Shown here: positions 25,602-38,705 of the stretch, piece by piece | How positions within the stretch are numbered: position 1 is the first letter of the stretch | Layout of the letters: each line of letters opens with the position of its first letter | NCBI GenBank assembly: GCA_951406725.2 | Contig: OX597836.1 | Span: forward strand, 38,378,001-38,442,000 | Reading direction: 5' to 3' | Source of the DNA: Octopus vulgaris | Taxonomy: Eukaryota | DNA length: 64,000 nt | Program-made: the position numbers and the translations under genes | The notes under the pieces: model-generated | What the model was told of the DNA's origin: nothing | What the model saw: only the letters and a program-made list of their open reading frames with translations | The model's database searches: none

Positions 25602-26013
25602 GGCGTAGGAGTTGCTGTGTGGTAAGTAGCTTGCTAACCAACCACATGGTTCCGGGTTCAGTCCCACTGCGTGGCATCTTGGGCAAGTGTCTTCTGCTAT
25701 AGCCCCGGGCCGACCAATGCCTTGTGAGTGGATTTGGTAGACGGAAACTGAAAGAAGCCTGTCATATATATGTATATATATATATATGTATGCGTGTGTG
25801 TGTTTGTGTGTCTGTGTTTGTCCCCCTAGCATTGCTTGACAACCGATGCTGGTGTGTTTACGTCCCCGTCACTTAGCGGTTCGTCAAAAAGAGATCGATA
25901 GAATAAGTACTGGGCTTACAAAGAATAAGTCCCGGGGTCGATTTGCTCGACTGAAGGTGGTGCTCCAGCATGGCCGCAGTCAAATGACTGAAACAAGTAA
26001 AAGAGTAAAGAGT
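25602..26013 (+). mobile_element. SINE family A, full length
   Basis: Very similar to 31416-31823. Confidence 0.9.
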
Positions 26014-26462
26014 ATTCAACATAGGTTGGTATGTTGTTGATATCACCAATCACTTTGATATCTCATTGTAACTTGATTATAGTCATTGGCTACTAATAGT
26101 ATCTATATTGATTATGTGTTGCTATGTGAGGATATAGCATGAATACTGTGCATGTAATGAATGAATACTGAATGATTATGAAGAGGCTACTGTATAATAT
26201 TGAATGGATATTGCCTGGATATTGATGATACAATGTTAATATTGGCTGACAGTGTATGAAACTATGATAATATACCATATTGTATGATATAGAACTATAC
26301 TATCTCGATACTGTATGGATAAACATATAAGCATGGATGGTATGGTGTGGATTTAGTATTATACTGTGGGATAATATATAGTGTGATATCATATGAGATG
26401 CTATCATAATATGTGAATACTATATGATAGCATATAATATTGTATGGATATTGTATGATTCT

Positions 26463-27730
26463 ATTACGTTGGGTAAAAAGTATGGAATGTTTTGAATGAT
26501 GAAGAATTTGTACCAGATTTTTGCAGAGTTCTGAATTTGTTTTTTAAACATTTGTTTGCAGTTGTCTTATAATACAGACATAGACTTGCCCAAATGCATC
26601 AATAAATTAACATTGATATTTTTTTCACCGTTATTACAATCATCTAAAATGGAACTGTCAAAGCACAATATTCGAGCAATTTTGCTATTCAACTCCAAAA
26701 AAGGATGCAAAGCAGCTGAAACTGATCACGATATCAACGAAACATTTGGTGAGGAAATGACCAGTGAGTGAAAATGGTTTAAACGATTTTGCAGTGGAAC
26801 CCTGAGCCTTGAAGATCATGAGCATAGTGGACACCCATCTGTCATCGATGCTGGTCAAGTAAAGACCGTCATTGAGAAAGATTCACATAAACCTACCTGA
26901 CAATTGGTAAAAGAACTTCAAGTTAGCCATAAAACTGCCTGCAACCATTTGCATGCAATTGGAAAATCAGAAAAGGGTACCACACGATTTGAATGAAAAG
27001 CAGAAAACGAAAAGATATGAAATTTGCTTGTCACTTCTCCGTAACCAAACAGATTCATTTCTTGACCGTATTATAACTTGTGATGAAAAGTGGATTCTGT
27101 ACAATAATAAAAAATGTTCTTTGCAGTGGTTGGACCAAAAGGAAGCACTGAAAACCTTTAAACCTGAGCTCTTCAAAAAGAAAGTTATGATGACTGATTG
27201 GTGGTGTACTGCTGGACTCATTCACTATAACTTCTTGAAACCCAGAAAAACCATCACTGCAGGAACCTGTTGCCATGAAATTGCCAAAATGAACGAAAAA
27301 TTGCTACTCATCCATCCCAGACTGGTCAACAGCAGAGGGGCAATCATTCTTCATGACAACGCTTGACCTCACATTTCACTAATGACACTCCAGAAGTTGA
27401 GAGAACTTGGCTACGAAGTTCTTTCCCAACCAGCTTACTCCCCAGATCTTTCTCCTACCACCTACTACTTTTTCAAGCACTTTGATAGTCTCCTGCAAGA
27501 GAAGGAGTTCAAAAATCAGACCAATGCTGAAAGTGCCTTGAAAGAGTTCATCAGCTTCAGAACTCTAGATTTTTATGTTACTGGAATAAACCACCTTTGC
27601 CAATAAACTCACTGGCAAAAATGTGTTGATTGTAATGATACTTATTTTAATGAATAAAATTTCTGAATTATTAAAATATATTGTGAAGAATTTCATGCTT
27701 CAAACCGTTGCTTACTTTTTACACTAAGAT
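26463..27730 (+). mobile_element. Decayed mariner DNA transposon; transposase pseudogene ~26649-27657
   Basis: MELSKHNIRAILLF..KG.KAAET..DINETFG; VPHDL; FLDRIITCDEKWILY; IILHDNA*PH; PAYSPDLSPT.Y.FF. Contains stops and frameshifts. Imperfect TIRs (GTAAAAAGTA / TACTTTTTAC). Confidence 0.9.
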
Positions 27731-27929
27731 ACTTTACTGACGTTATTCTGTCTGATAGATAATACCTGGACACTATATACAGTTGTAATAGTCAACTACT
27801 CTATTTACTTTGATTGGTGTTAAGATTAGAACTGTATATTGTTGTTCAATAGATAATATTTATTAGGAGTAATATGATGCTGAAAGGGATGGCCATGGTT
27901 GGAAAGACTGAAATCATACAAGACCAAAT

Positions 27930-28310
27930 GGTTAAAAAGCTTGCTTCCCAACCATGAAGTTTCAGGTTCAGTCCTACCATAGGATGACTTCTTGGGCAAG
28001 TATCCTCCCCATGATAGACCTGGGTCAAGCCGTGTGAATAAATTTGGGGATGGAAACTGCAAGAAGCTCATCATCACCTCTCTTTCATATATATATATAT
28101 ATATAGATATATATATGGTGAGTGTGCCCTTTGTCCTTGGATCACATAATAGTTGTAAATGAATCAGAAAAACTTGGGAAAGCGTTAGCTTGTTTGGTGA
28201 CAAGTCTTGACAGCAAGGAAAACATATGGCTATAGAAAATCTGACTCAGTGACTTCTGTCGGATCCATGCAAGCATGGAAAAATGGACGTTAAAACAATG
28301 ATAATGATGA
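27930..28310 (+). mobile_element. SINE variant: family A head with family D-like 3' tail
   Basis: A-type head, then ...GCATGGAAAAATGGACGTTAAAACAATGATAATGATG. Similar to 49100-49845. Confidence 0.65.
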
Positions 28311-28382
28311 AATTAAAGAATATATTAATACATGAGGATATCTGAAGAACTGTTTGTTGTAAAATAGAAATATTGTTATTTC

Positions 28383-28616
28383 TAAGGTGGCAAGCTGGCA
28401 AAAATGTTAGTGTGCTGGGCAAAATTCTTAGAGTTATTTCGTCTGTCTTTACGTTCTGAGTTCAAGTTCCGCTGAGGTCAACTTTGCCTTTCATCCTTTC
28501 AGGGTCGATAAATTAAGTACCAGTTATGCACTGAGGTTGATGTAATCGACTTAATCCATTTTCTGTCCTTGTTTGCCCGCTCTATGTTTAGCCCCTTGTG
28601 GGCAATAAAGAAATAA
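28383..28616 (+). mobile_element. SINE family B with ~19-bp TSD
   Basis: AGAAATATTGTTATTTCTAA on both sides (~28366 and ~28617). Confidence 0.9.
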
Positions 28617-29048
28617 GAAATATTGTTATTTCTAAATGTCTCAAAGAGAGATATTCAGTAAAAATTCTTTAAAGTAAAGGCTATTTGCCAACATAATGCG
28701 ACTGTCCTGAAAGGGACGATTGCTACTGTTGTTTAACCCCAGGAAACATCGTCTCCAGCTGGCTATATGACACAATATCAGTGTCCTTATGTTTTCGAAT
28801 AGGGATCTATAAAGGAGAATAAAAGATAAAAATGTTTTTGTTGTTGCTTAACCCCACGCTAATCTTGATTGAGCAAATCTTTGGTCAGAGGTACTTCAGC
28901 TATGGCCATCTTATCTTTTTAAGATTATCTAAAGATACATTATTCAGTGTCCTTGTTAAAGGTGGCAAGATTTAATGAGACGGAAATTTTACTGCTAAAT
29001 CAAGCAAGCTAAAAAAAACCATATGGAGATTCTGTCACTGACTGAAGA

Positions 29049-29084
<36 letters not shown>

Positions 29085-29489
29085 AATTATAGCGACCACC
29101 ATTACAAAAGAATGTCAGACACTGAAATAATGACAGAAAATACACACAGGCTTTACAACTAAGATCCATCATTGATTGGGCCAGCCAGCAATGTGGTTTA
29201 TTGACAAGATAACAGGTGAAAATCATAAATTTGACAGATTGTTAAACAATTTCTAATTAACGAACAGTGAAAAGGACCAGTAGCATTTTGGCTAAATTAT
29301 AGTAAAAGTGAAAAAAAAAAAAAAAAAAGAAAAAAAAAAGCGTTTAATTGGAATGAAGAATTAATTTATCACTTGTCTGTCAAATATACAGAACGTCTCA
29401 ATCAGTTCAATGCTTGAAAACCTAATAAAATTATTTCTTCTTATTGATCACCTGCCACTTTCTAAACAGAATTCAGATATAATGGAAAC

Positions 29490-31025
29490 ATTAAGATAAC
29501 GACTACCTACAGGACTAACATGTATCACAATGCTAAGGTAGCAGCTACCTACATGAGAAATATGTACTGCTATACTAAGGGAGCAGCTTTCTATAGAAGA
29601 AATGTGTTGACCATTCTGAGATAGCAGTTATCTATAGGACAAATGTGTCTTACCATACTAAAATAGCAGTTATCTACTGAAGAAATATGTATTATCATAG
29701 TAATGTAAGTAATTATTAACAGGACAAATCATGTTAAAATAGCAGCTAGCTACAGGACAAATGCATGTTAAAAATAGCAGCTAGCTACAGGACAAATCAT
29801 GTTAAAACAGCAGCTAGCTACAGGACAAATGCATGTTAAAATAGCAGCTAGCTACAGGACAAATCATGTTAAAACAGCAGCTAGCTACAGGACAAATGCA
29901 TGTTAAAAATAGCAGCTAGCTACAGGACAAACCATGTTAAAAACAGCAGCTACCTACAGGACAAATGCATGTTAAAAATAGCAGCTAGCTACAGGATAAA
30001 TGCTAGCTAAAATAAATTGATGTACAGTTGTAATTTGGACATTAGTATGATTTCAGACTGAACTTTTTATTTTCATTCCTTGTGAGAAAATTAGAAATCT
30101 TGGTTTCAAATTTTGTCACAAGGCCAGTAATTTCAGGGTAAGGGTGAATCGATTATATTGATCTCAGTGTTTAAACTGGTACTGAATTTATTGACCCTGA
30201 AAGAATGAAAAGCAGAGTCAACCTCAGCAGAGTTTGAACTCAGAATGTAACAAAATGCTGCTAGGCAATATGCCACAGGACAAATGCAAACTGAAATAGC
30301 AGCTAGCTACAGGACAAAAGTGCATTACATTATTAAGATAGCAGTCATCTACTGAAGAAACATGTATTCTTTTCTGCTCTAGGCACAAGGCCTAAAATCT
30401 GGGGGGAGGGGACCAGTCAATTAGATCAACTCCAGTATGCAACTGGTACTTAATTTATCGATCCCGAAAGGATGAAAGGCAAAGTTGATTTTGGCAGAAT
30501 TTGAACTTAGACCGTAAAGACAGATGAAATACCGCTGAGCATTTCACTTGGCATGCTAACATTTTTGCTCACTCACTGTCTTTGAAGAAATGTATTCTTT
30601 TCTGCTCGAGGCACAAGACCCCAAATTTTGGGGGAGGGGACCAGTCAATTAGATCAACCCCAGTACGCAACTGGTACTTAATTTATCGACCCCGAAAGGA
30701 TGAAAGGCAAAATTGACCTTGACAGAATTTGAACTCAAAATGTACAGACAAAATACTGCTAAGCATTTCACCCAGCATGCTAACGTTTCTGCCAGCTCAC
30801 CACCTTTGAAGAAACATGTATTGTCACAGTAATGCATTAATTATCAACAAGACAAATGTATTCACTAACTAAAACAGCAGCTAGCTATAGGACAAACATG
30901 TATTACTATACAAAGGTAACAGTTATCTACTGAAGAAACTTGTATTACTTATACTAAGAGTTACTAACTTATCTACGGGAGAAACATTTATTAAGTCAAT
31001 GTAGAGAGCAGGTATATACAGGAAA
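29490..31025. repeat. Minisatellite (33-35-bp core units, AAAATAGCAGCTAGCTACAGGACAAAT); homogeneous core 29720-30000 with diverged flanks
   Basis: Eight near-identical units in the core. Diverged units on both sides are interrupted by SINEs. Confidence 0.85.
30365..30806 (-). mobile_element. Two tandem SINE family B copies (alternative 3' tail)
   Basis: Copies at ~30365-30582 and ~30595-30806, each bounded by TGAAGAAA(CA)TGTATT. Confidence 0.85.
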
Positions 31026-31415
31026 AGTATTTCCTCCCAATGAAACCAGTTTTCTAACTGAATACGTATCTGATCATCACTATTAACATTTTTTTAATGA
31101 TGCTTAATATCATCCATTTAAAGATGGGATGAGATAGAATGACAATAGTTTTACAATGGTTATCAATTGAGAAAGCTGTGATAATGGAGCATTATTCAAA
31201 TATCAGATCTATTGAACTTCAGTCTTTCAATAAAAACAAAAGAAATGTATATGATTAAAGATATTCTAAACCCATTAAGAACAATGTCTAAATTACATGA
31301 AGATGGAAATTATATTTAGGTGTTAACAAAGCTATCTACATTTGTAATGTAATTAATAATAAATGACCTATAAGAAAAAATATAATTGAAAGAAAATTAG
31401 TTGCTTTGGTTACTA

Positions 31416-31823
31416 GGCGCAGGAGTGGCTGTGTGGTAAGTAACTTGCTAACCAACCACATGGTTCCGGGTTCAGTCTCACTGCGTAGAACCTTGGGCAA
31501 GTGTCTTCTGCTATAGCCCCGGGCCGACCAATGCCTTGTGAGTGGATTTGGTAGATGGAAACTGAAAGAAGCCCGTCATATATATGTATATATATATGTG
31601 TGTGCATGTATGTTTGTGTGTCTGTGTTTGTCCCCCTAGCATTGCTTGACAACCGATGCTGGTGTGTTTACGTCCCCATTATTTAGCGGTTTGGCAAAAG
31701 AGACCGATAAAATAAGTACTGGGCTTACAAAAGAATAAGTCCCGGGGTCAAGTTGTTCGATTAAAGGCGGTGCTCCAGCATGGCCGCAGTCAAATGACTG
31801 AAACAAGTAAAAGAGTAAAGAGT
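31416..31823 (+). mobile_element. SINE family A, full length
   Basis: Similarity to other copies. Confidence 0.9.
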
Positions 31824-31959
31824 ATAGCTGTTACAGAGCCAGAAAACACTGTGGTTGAAAAGTGTGTTGTTACATGTGGGTGGGACACAACTCTTCTAGC
31901 ACTCAGTTTCGTGGACGGGTCTCCTCCAGAACCTTATATCACCAAACATCTCAGTTCAC

Positions 31960-33312
31960 TGTCATTTCTTCTGTGAGCTCCAGCATCCCAGGATCAGTCC
32001 TCACCACTTCATCCCATGTCTTCTTGGGTCTCCCTCATCCACAGTTACTATCCACTTTCAGCAAAACAGGCACTTCTGTATACAGCTGTCTTCACTCATG
32101 TGCATCTCATGTCCAAACCAATGCATTCTCCTCTCTTGCATACCACATTTAACCCTTCTTATGCCTAACTTTTCTCTCAACACAGTTGTACTTTGCCGGT
32201 CATGCTCACTGACGTTGCAAATCCAATGGATCATACTACCTTCATTCCTCTCCAGCCTACACATGTCCTTCGCAGTCAGTGCCCATGTCTCACTACTTTT
32301 GTGGCACAGCCGCTTTCACACTAGCATCATACAATCTACCTTTCACTCTGAGAGAAAGTTCTTTTGCTGCCAACAGAGGTAGTATTTCTCTGAACCTCCT
32401 CCACCCTATTCGTATTCTAGAAACAATACTTTCAGAGCATCCACCACCATTACTAATTTAGTCACCTAAATATGTTTCTTTACTACCCACAAACATAGAA
32501 GGGGACAAACGAATTAAGTTGATTACATCGACCCCAGTGTGTAACTGGTACTTAATTTATCGATGCTGAAAGGATGAAAGACAACGTCGACCTCGGCAGA
32601 ATTTGAACTCAGAACGTAATGGCAGACGAAATATGGCTACGCATTTTGCCTGGCATGCTAACGGTTCTGCCAGCTCGTTGCTTAGTCACCTAAATAGTAG
32701 AAACTATCTACTACCTCAAGAAAACCTCCTGGGCATTTGGAGAATTTAAGTCCCTTGAGCTCTTAGCACTTACTGTTCCTGCACATCTGCCACACACAAA
32801 AGTGACCTTATCTGATAACCTTCCTATGATTCCACTGCATCGCTTATGTGTCTATAGCTTGCACTTAGTGCAGCATATGGAATTACAGCTTAATCCTTTC
32901 CTACATATTGAGGAGGACCATTTACCAGCCAGAATGAGAGTCTAATCTCCTTTTGCACTAACAACAACTTTAGTCTTAGCTAATTTAACTTTAAGGCCTT
33001 TTGATTCCAGGTTTTGCTTCCAAACCCGGAACTTCCTTTCCAATTCTACTTCAGAGTCTGCAATAAGAGCCAGATCATCAGCATATAGTAGTTCCCAGGG
33101 ACATCCAGTTTTGAATTCATCTGTTATGGCCTGGAGAACTATGATGAATAAGAGTGGAAAGGACTGATCCCTGGTGAACTCCAACTTGCATGTTACATTC
33201 ATCACTGTATTCAAGGCCAACTGTACATGGCTTGAAATACTCTAACAAGCCACTTCTCTATTCCTAGCTTCCTTAGAGACCACCAAATAAGAAAGCCGGG
33301 AACCCTGTCAAA
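31960..33312 (-). pseudogene. Decayed RTE-group LINE: RT C-terminal half with Cys-rich insert
   Basis: PLLFIIVLQAI...GCPWELLYADDLALIA..KGLKV.LAKTKVV; CCTKC...HKRCSGI..FVCGRC; GGGCSESIVSRIRIGWRRF; ERRMHWFGH; RPKKTWDEVV. Confidence 0.85.
32473..32681 (-). mobile_element. SINE family B nested in the RTE fragment, 15-bp TSD
   Basis: TTAGTCACCTAAATA at 32458-32472 and 32682-32696. Confidence 0.9.
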
Positions 33313-33394
33313 ATTCGCTTATAAATTTTCATACCCATTCTCATACAACAAACCAGGAGATAATTGGTTAAATGGCACTATTTAGGTTCCACTA

Positions 33395-33590
33395 TTACTC
33401 TTTTACTTGTCTCAGTCATTTGACTGTGGCCATGCTGGAGCACCACCTCTTAGTTGAGCAAATCGAACCCAGGACTTATTCTTTGTAAGCCTAGTACTTA
33501 TTCTATCATTCTCTTTCACCGAACTGCTAAGTTACAGGGACATAAACACACCAGCATAAGTTGTCAAGCAATGTTGGGGAGGACAAACAT

Positions 33591-33649
<59 letters not shown>

Positions 33650-33686
33650 GCTTTTTTTCAGTTTCCGTCTACCAAATCCACTCACA

Positions 33687-33720
<34 letters not shown>

Positions 33721-33869
33721 GTGCTTCAGTTTATCTCAATCCACTACAAGGCTTTGGTCGGCCCGAGGCTATAGTAGAAGACACTTCCCAAGGAGCCATG
33801 CAGTGGGACTGAACCTGGAACCATGTGGTTGGTAAGCAAGCTACTTACCACACAGCCACTCCTGCACCT
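33395..33869 (-). mobile_element. SINE family A with internal duplication of the (TA)n-adjacent segment
   Basis: The segment ATGGG..TTCAGTTT..AATCCACT occurs twice, each after a (TA)n run. Confidence 0.85.
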
Positions 33870-34007
33870 ATTCTTGATTAACTTTTTGATGAACCTCAAC
33901 AGGTTCATTCCTGTTACTTTATTATCTACTCTTATCTTCTGCCATCTCTATGGAATCCCATTGCCTTCTCAGCCTTTTATCATATTAATCTTTTGAATTT
34001 TCTCAGA

Positions 34008-34225
34008 AGGTGGCAAGCTGGTAGGATCATTAGCACGGTGGACATATTGCCTAGCAGCATTTTGTTACATTCTGAGTTCAAACTCTGCTGAGGTTGACTC
34101 TGCCTTTCATCCTTTCAGGGTCAATAAATTCAGTACCAGTTTAAACACTGAGATCAATATAATCGATTCACCCTTACCCTGAAATTGCTGGCCTTGTGCC
34201 AAAATTTGAAACCAAGATTCCTAAT
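34008..34225 (+). mobile_element. SINE family B, alternative tail (GCCTTGTGCCAAAATTTGAAACCA)
   Basis: Meta-like core present. Confidence 0.8.
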
Positions 34226-34257
34226 TTTCTTACAATAAAAAGTTCAGATTAATCAGT

Positions 34258-34572
34258 CTGTTGTTTGTTGTTTGCTCCTTCTCGAGCCATACCTGGCTCA
34301 TAAGGGCCGGTTTCCTGGTTTCTTGGCGTATATGTTCCCCACCTGGACGGGACGCCGGTCCGTCGCAGGTGAGCTGCAAGATGCAGGAGGAAAGAGTGAG
34401 AGAAAGTTGAGGCGAAAGAGTCAGCAAAGGTTTCGCCATTACCTTCTGCCGGGGCCACGTGGAGCTTAGGTGTTTCGCTCATAAACACACACATCGTCCG
34501 GTCTGAGATTCGAACCCGTGATCCCTCGACCTCGAGTCCACTGCTCTAACCACTAGGCCATGTGCCTCCACC
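34258..34572 (-). mobile_element. SINE family C
   Basis: Very similar to 52847-53150; (AAAC)n tail. Confidence 0.9.
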
Positions 34573-35745
34573 ATTAATGAGTCTGAAATTAGACTAGTGT
34601 CCAAATTAGTACTGTACATCAATTTATTTTATGTCTGTTTGTTAATGGACATAAAACAACATGACTGAAGTAAGTATCATCACCTAATGTTGAGGAATAG
34701 ACTATTATAGTAAGACACTAGGAGACCTAATCCAATCCCTAATTGAATCAATGAGAGGAACCTCTGAATGCTCGTTTGAGTTGCTAAAGATCGTGCCCTA
34801 CCATCTATTAAGAAAGAACACACTGGGTAATAAGAAGTCATTAGTGCTAAGCAACATCACATAATTAATTTAGACCATTTCCAGATGTAGATAAATATTT
34901 TGAAATTGTGTTTGTCTAGCCAAGTAATTTGATTTGAGACTTCATTGTGAAACTGAAATAATTAGATCATGAAAGAGTGATATTAACCATCTGAAACCCA
35001 TAGGGGCCTTAAGCACTTAAAAGATTTTGAACCCCCCACCCCATACATATGTAAATCAAAACATAAGCAATAATAAACCATTAAATAAATTTTTATTTTT
35101 CAAAATGAAACAAAATTAGTAGTTAGATGGAAAATAATGTTTATTTTTGTATACTTATATTTAATTTATATTTGAAAAATTTTCTCCTATTTTTTTAATT
35201 GCTAAGTGTTTTGATCAGATCCTCATTATGACATCATGAACACAAATTAATTTTTTCATTTATTTCTTGAAATATCCAAACTTCCATTGGCCCACTCTCA
35301 CCTGGTCACTAATATGGCTCCACTGTAACTGTTTGAAATTTAGTTAGTAGCAAGTCTTATATGTTTCAAGGTGTAGACATGTGAGTTGGCTGTATATGTG
35401 CTGATTGACCTTGACCTTCTGACTGTGGTCATCATTAATCACCACCAAGTTTCCATTCTTTTTACCTGATATGTATGCAACATTATCACCATTTCACCCA
35501 TTCCTTTTTTTCTTTCATCTTATTTATCTTCTTTCCCTTATCTTCTTCACAAGTCATGATAGATTTCTTTGAAGTTATGTGTATTTTACTTGCTATATGG
35601 TTAAGAAGCCTGCTTTGCAACCACAAGGTTCAGCAACACTTTCTAGCATCTTGAGCCAATGTCTTCTCTAGCCATAAGACAAACAACACCTTGAGAGTGA
35701 ACTTGGTAAATGGAAACTGAAAGAAGGCCACCATGTGTGAGTGTG

Positions 35746-36370
35746 CATACATACATACATGATGGCTGCCCCCTCGTTATCGAGTATGGCCATTGCACAA
35801 AGCTTAACTGTTACAGGTGCTGTGATCGAATGTGACTTTTTAGCCCAGCTAAAGATCTACAATGTCTTGTACAGAATTGGCAGCTAAAACCTTTACCGGT
35901 AATAGCCAGCTGTAGTTGTAACTGGGCTTCATGTACCTTTGAATGTCGTTTAAGTCCTCCTGCCAAATTACACACTCTTTCACATGCCCGACAGATATGC
36001 TTAGTATGGTGTGTAAACACTACCACCAGTGCCAGCAGCCACCACCACCATACATACATACATGATGGCTGCCCCTTCGTTATCGAGTATGGCCATTGCA
36101 CAAAGCTTAAATGTTATTGGTGTTGTGATCGAATGTGACATTTTAGCCCAGCTAAAGATCTACAATGTCTTGTACAGAATTGGCAGCTAAAACCTTTACC
36201 GTTAATAGCTGGCTGTAGTTGTAACTGGGCTTCATGTACCTTTGCACGTTGTTTAAGTCCTCCTGCCGAATTACACCCTCTTCCACATGCCTGATAGATA
36301 TGATTAGTATGGTGTGTAGCACCACCACCAGTGGCCAGGTTGTCACTCATCTGTCTTGCTTTATGACTAC
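35746..36370 (-). mobile_element. Two tandem ~300-bp RTE-like LINE 3' ends, each encoding C2H2-type zinc fingers
   Basis: CRAC...LKRHSKVH and CQFC.RHCRSLAGLKSHIRSQH*, followed by a short UTR CCATACTCGATAACGA.GGGGCAGCCATC and a (ATGT)n tail, repeated twice. Confidence 0.7.
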
Positions 36371-36624
36371 GTACATACATATATATCTGTGTTTGTATGT
36401 AACTTTGTGATTGTTCCCTAACATCGCTTGACAAATGAACCAGAGTTGGTTTGTTTCTCCACCAATAAGAGTGGGTCAACAAAAGAGACTAACAGAATTA
36501 AAACTAAGTACTAGGGTCAATTCGTATGACTAAACCCTTCAAAGCAGTGTTCCAGCATTGCTGTAGTTCAATGACCAAAGCAAGTATAAGGTAAACAATA
36601 AATAGACATGTATAATAAATAAAT

Positions 36625-36820
36625 ACTAAGTATCCGTATTTCGTCTGCCGTTACGTTTTGAGTTCAAATTCCGCTGAGGTCGACTTTGCCTTTCATCCTT
36701 TCGGGGTCGATAAATTAAGTACCAGTTACACACTGGGGTCGATATAATCGGACTTAATCCGTTTGTCTGTCCTTGTTTGTCCCCTCTGTGTGTAGCCCCT
36801 TGTGGGCAGTAAAGAAATAG
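36625..36820 (+). mobile_element. SINE family B
   Basis: Near-consensus core and tail. Confidence 0.9.
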
Positions 36821-37289
36821 GTATATAATTTTGTGGCATAAATCCATAGAAATTAGAACCATGTTATGTAGAGGTTTGGTGATAAATGTCAATGCATGAA
36901 ACTCTCAGCTTTTGAGTCACTCCGTTGCTTCTGCTAAATAGTAATATAAATATGACCATATTATGTATATATTTTAATTATGTGATTTAAGAAAAAAAAC
37001 TATAAAATGGAGGAAGATGCTGGTATAGAATATTGATTTATAAATTCAAAGTTAACCATCACAGTATGTGAATGAAAACTAGAAGTAAAATGAGGAAGAA
37101 AGAAACTGAATGAGACAAACCTCGAAATGGGATGGTGACAATAATATGTTCATTCATAGTTAACTTGTAAAAAGACAAAAGAATGGAACCAGAAGCAACT
37201 AACAATAACCATTGTCCAAAAGGTTAAATCTAATCAACATGTTTACTAATAAGATCTGAAGTTTATAACAATTTGTCTTTTATCTTCTA

Positions 37290-37890
37290 CCTTTCACTTG
37301 TTTCAGACATTAGGCTGTGGCCATGCTAGGGCACTTGTCTGAAAGAGTTTTTAGTTGAATGAATCAAACTTTGTACTTATTTTTTAAAACATAGTATTTA
37401 TTCTATCAGTGTTTTTTACTAAACTATTAAGTTACAAGGATGTAAACACACCAGTGATGGTTGTCAAGCAATACTAGGGAACATACACAGAGACAAAGGT
37501 GCGCACACACGCACACACACGCACACACACACACAACGGGCTTCTTTTGAATTTCTTATTTCTTTATTGCCCACAAGGGGCTAAACACAGAGGGGACAAA
37601 GGGACTAAGTCGATTACACCGACCCCAGTGCGTAACTGGTACTTAATTTATCGACCCCGCAAGGATGAAAGGCAAAGTCGACCTCGGCGGAATTTGAACT
37701 CAGAACGTAAAGACGGACGAAATACCGCAAAACATTTTGCCCGGCATGCTAACGTTTGTCTACCAAATCCACTCACAAGGCTTTGGTCAGCCTGAGGCTA
37801 TAGTAAAAGACACTTGTCCAAGGTGCCACAGTGAGATTGAACTCAGAACTATGTGTTTGGGAAACAAGCTTTTTACCGTACAGCCATGCC
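37290..37890 (-). mobile_element. SINE family A containing a nested family B copy (~37555-37755)
   Basis: A tail, microsatellite, then the B element, then the A head resumes at TCTACCAAATCC. Confidence 0.8.
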
Positions 37891-38387
37891 TAAAATTAAT
37901 TTTTGAAAAACAAAAGATTTGTGTGTGTGTGTGTGTGTGTGTTATTCTATTTTATTAAAAATGTTTCCACAAAATATAGAAAAGGTAAAATAAATCAAAG
38001 GCATGAGATAACGTTCCAAGATGATGGCATGGAGATTAAGCCAGATTCATAGCATTGGAACATAACAAATTTTGGTGTAAGACTTGTATTGTTTTAACAT
38101 TTTAATAACATAATCCTCTTAGCCTTCTTTTCATTTAGCTATTTTTAAAACTGATCACTTATTGATCTTGCAATTAGGACAAGTCTTGTTTACTTGTTAT
38201 TTAATTCTTGATTCCTTAAACAGATCTTGAGAGCATATTAATTTTATACCATAACAGATATTTTAGTGTATAGCAACAAGGCACTATTTATTTTCTTTTT
38301 AGTGATAATTCGAGAAGTCTTAAGGAAGAATTAACAACATTTTTAGATTTTAAAAAATTTTGTTTTTAATAAATATTAACTAAATGT

Positions 38388-38705
38388 GCAGACAGGGCTG
38401 TTGTGGTAAGAAGTTTGCTTCAAAACAAAATGGTTCCAGGTTCAGTCCCACAGCATGGCACCTTGGGCAAGTGTCTTCTACTATAATCTTGGGTAGACCA
38501 AAGGTTTGTGAGTGAATTTGGTAGACAGAAAGTGACAGAATCCTATTATGTGTGTGTGTGTGTGTGTGTGTGTCTGTGTGTCTTTATGTTTGGCCCTTAC
38601 CACTGCTTGGAAACTGATATTGGTTTATTTATGCCCCCTTACTTAACAGAACAGCTCGAATAAGTACAAAGCTTAAAAAATAAGTACTTGGGTTGATTCA
38701 TTTCA
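38388..38705 (+). mobile_element. SINE family A, diverged
   Basis: Similarity to other copies. Confidence 0.75.

Noticed and set aside
29720-30000. CRISPR-like regularly spaced ~33-bp repeats
   Set aside because: The units are contiguous with no unique spacers, there are no cas genes, and the context is eukaryotic.
35811-36482. Host C2H2 zinc-finger gene
   Set aside because: No TGEKP linkers. Each unit ends in a short UTR and microsatellite tail typical of a LINE 3' end.
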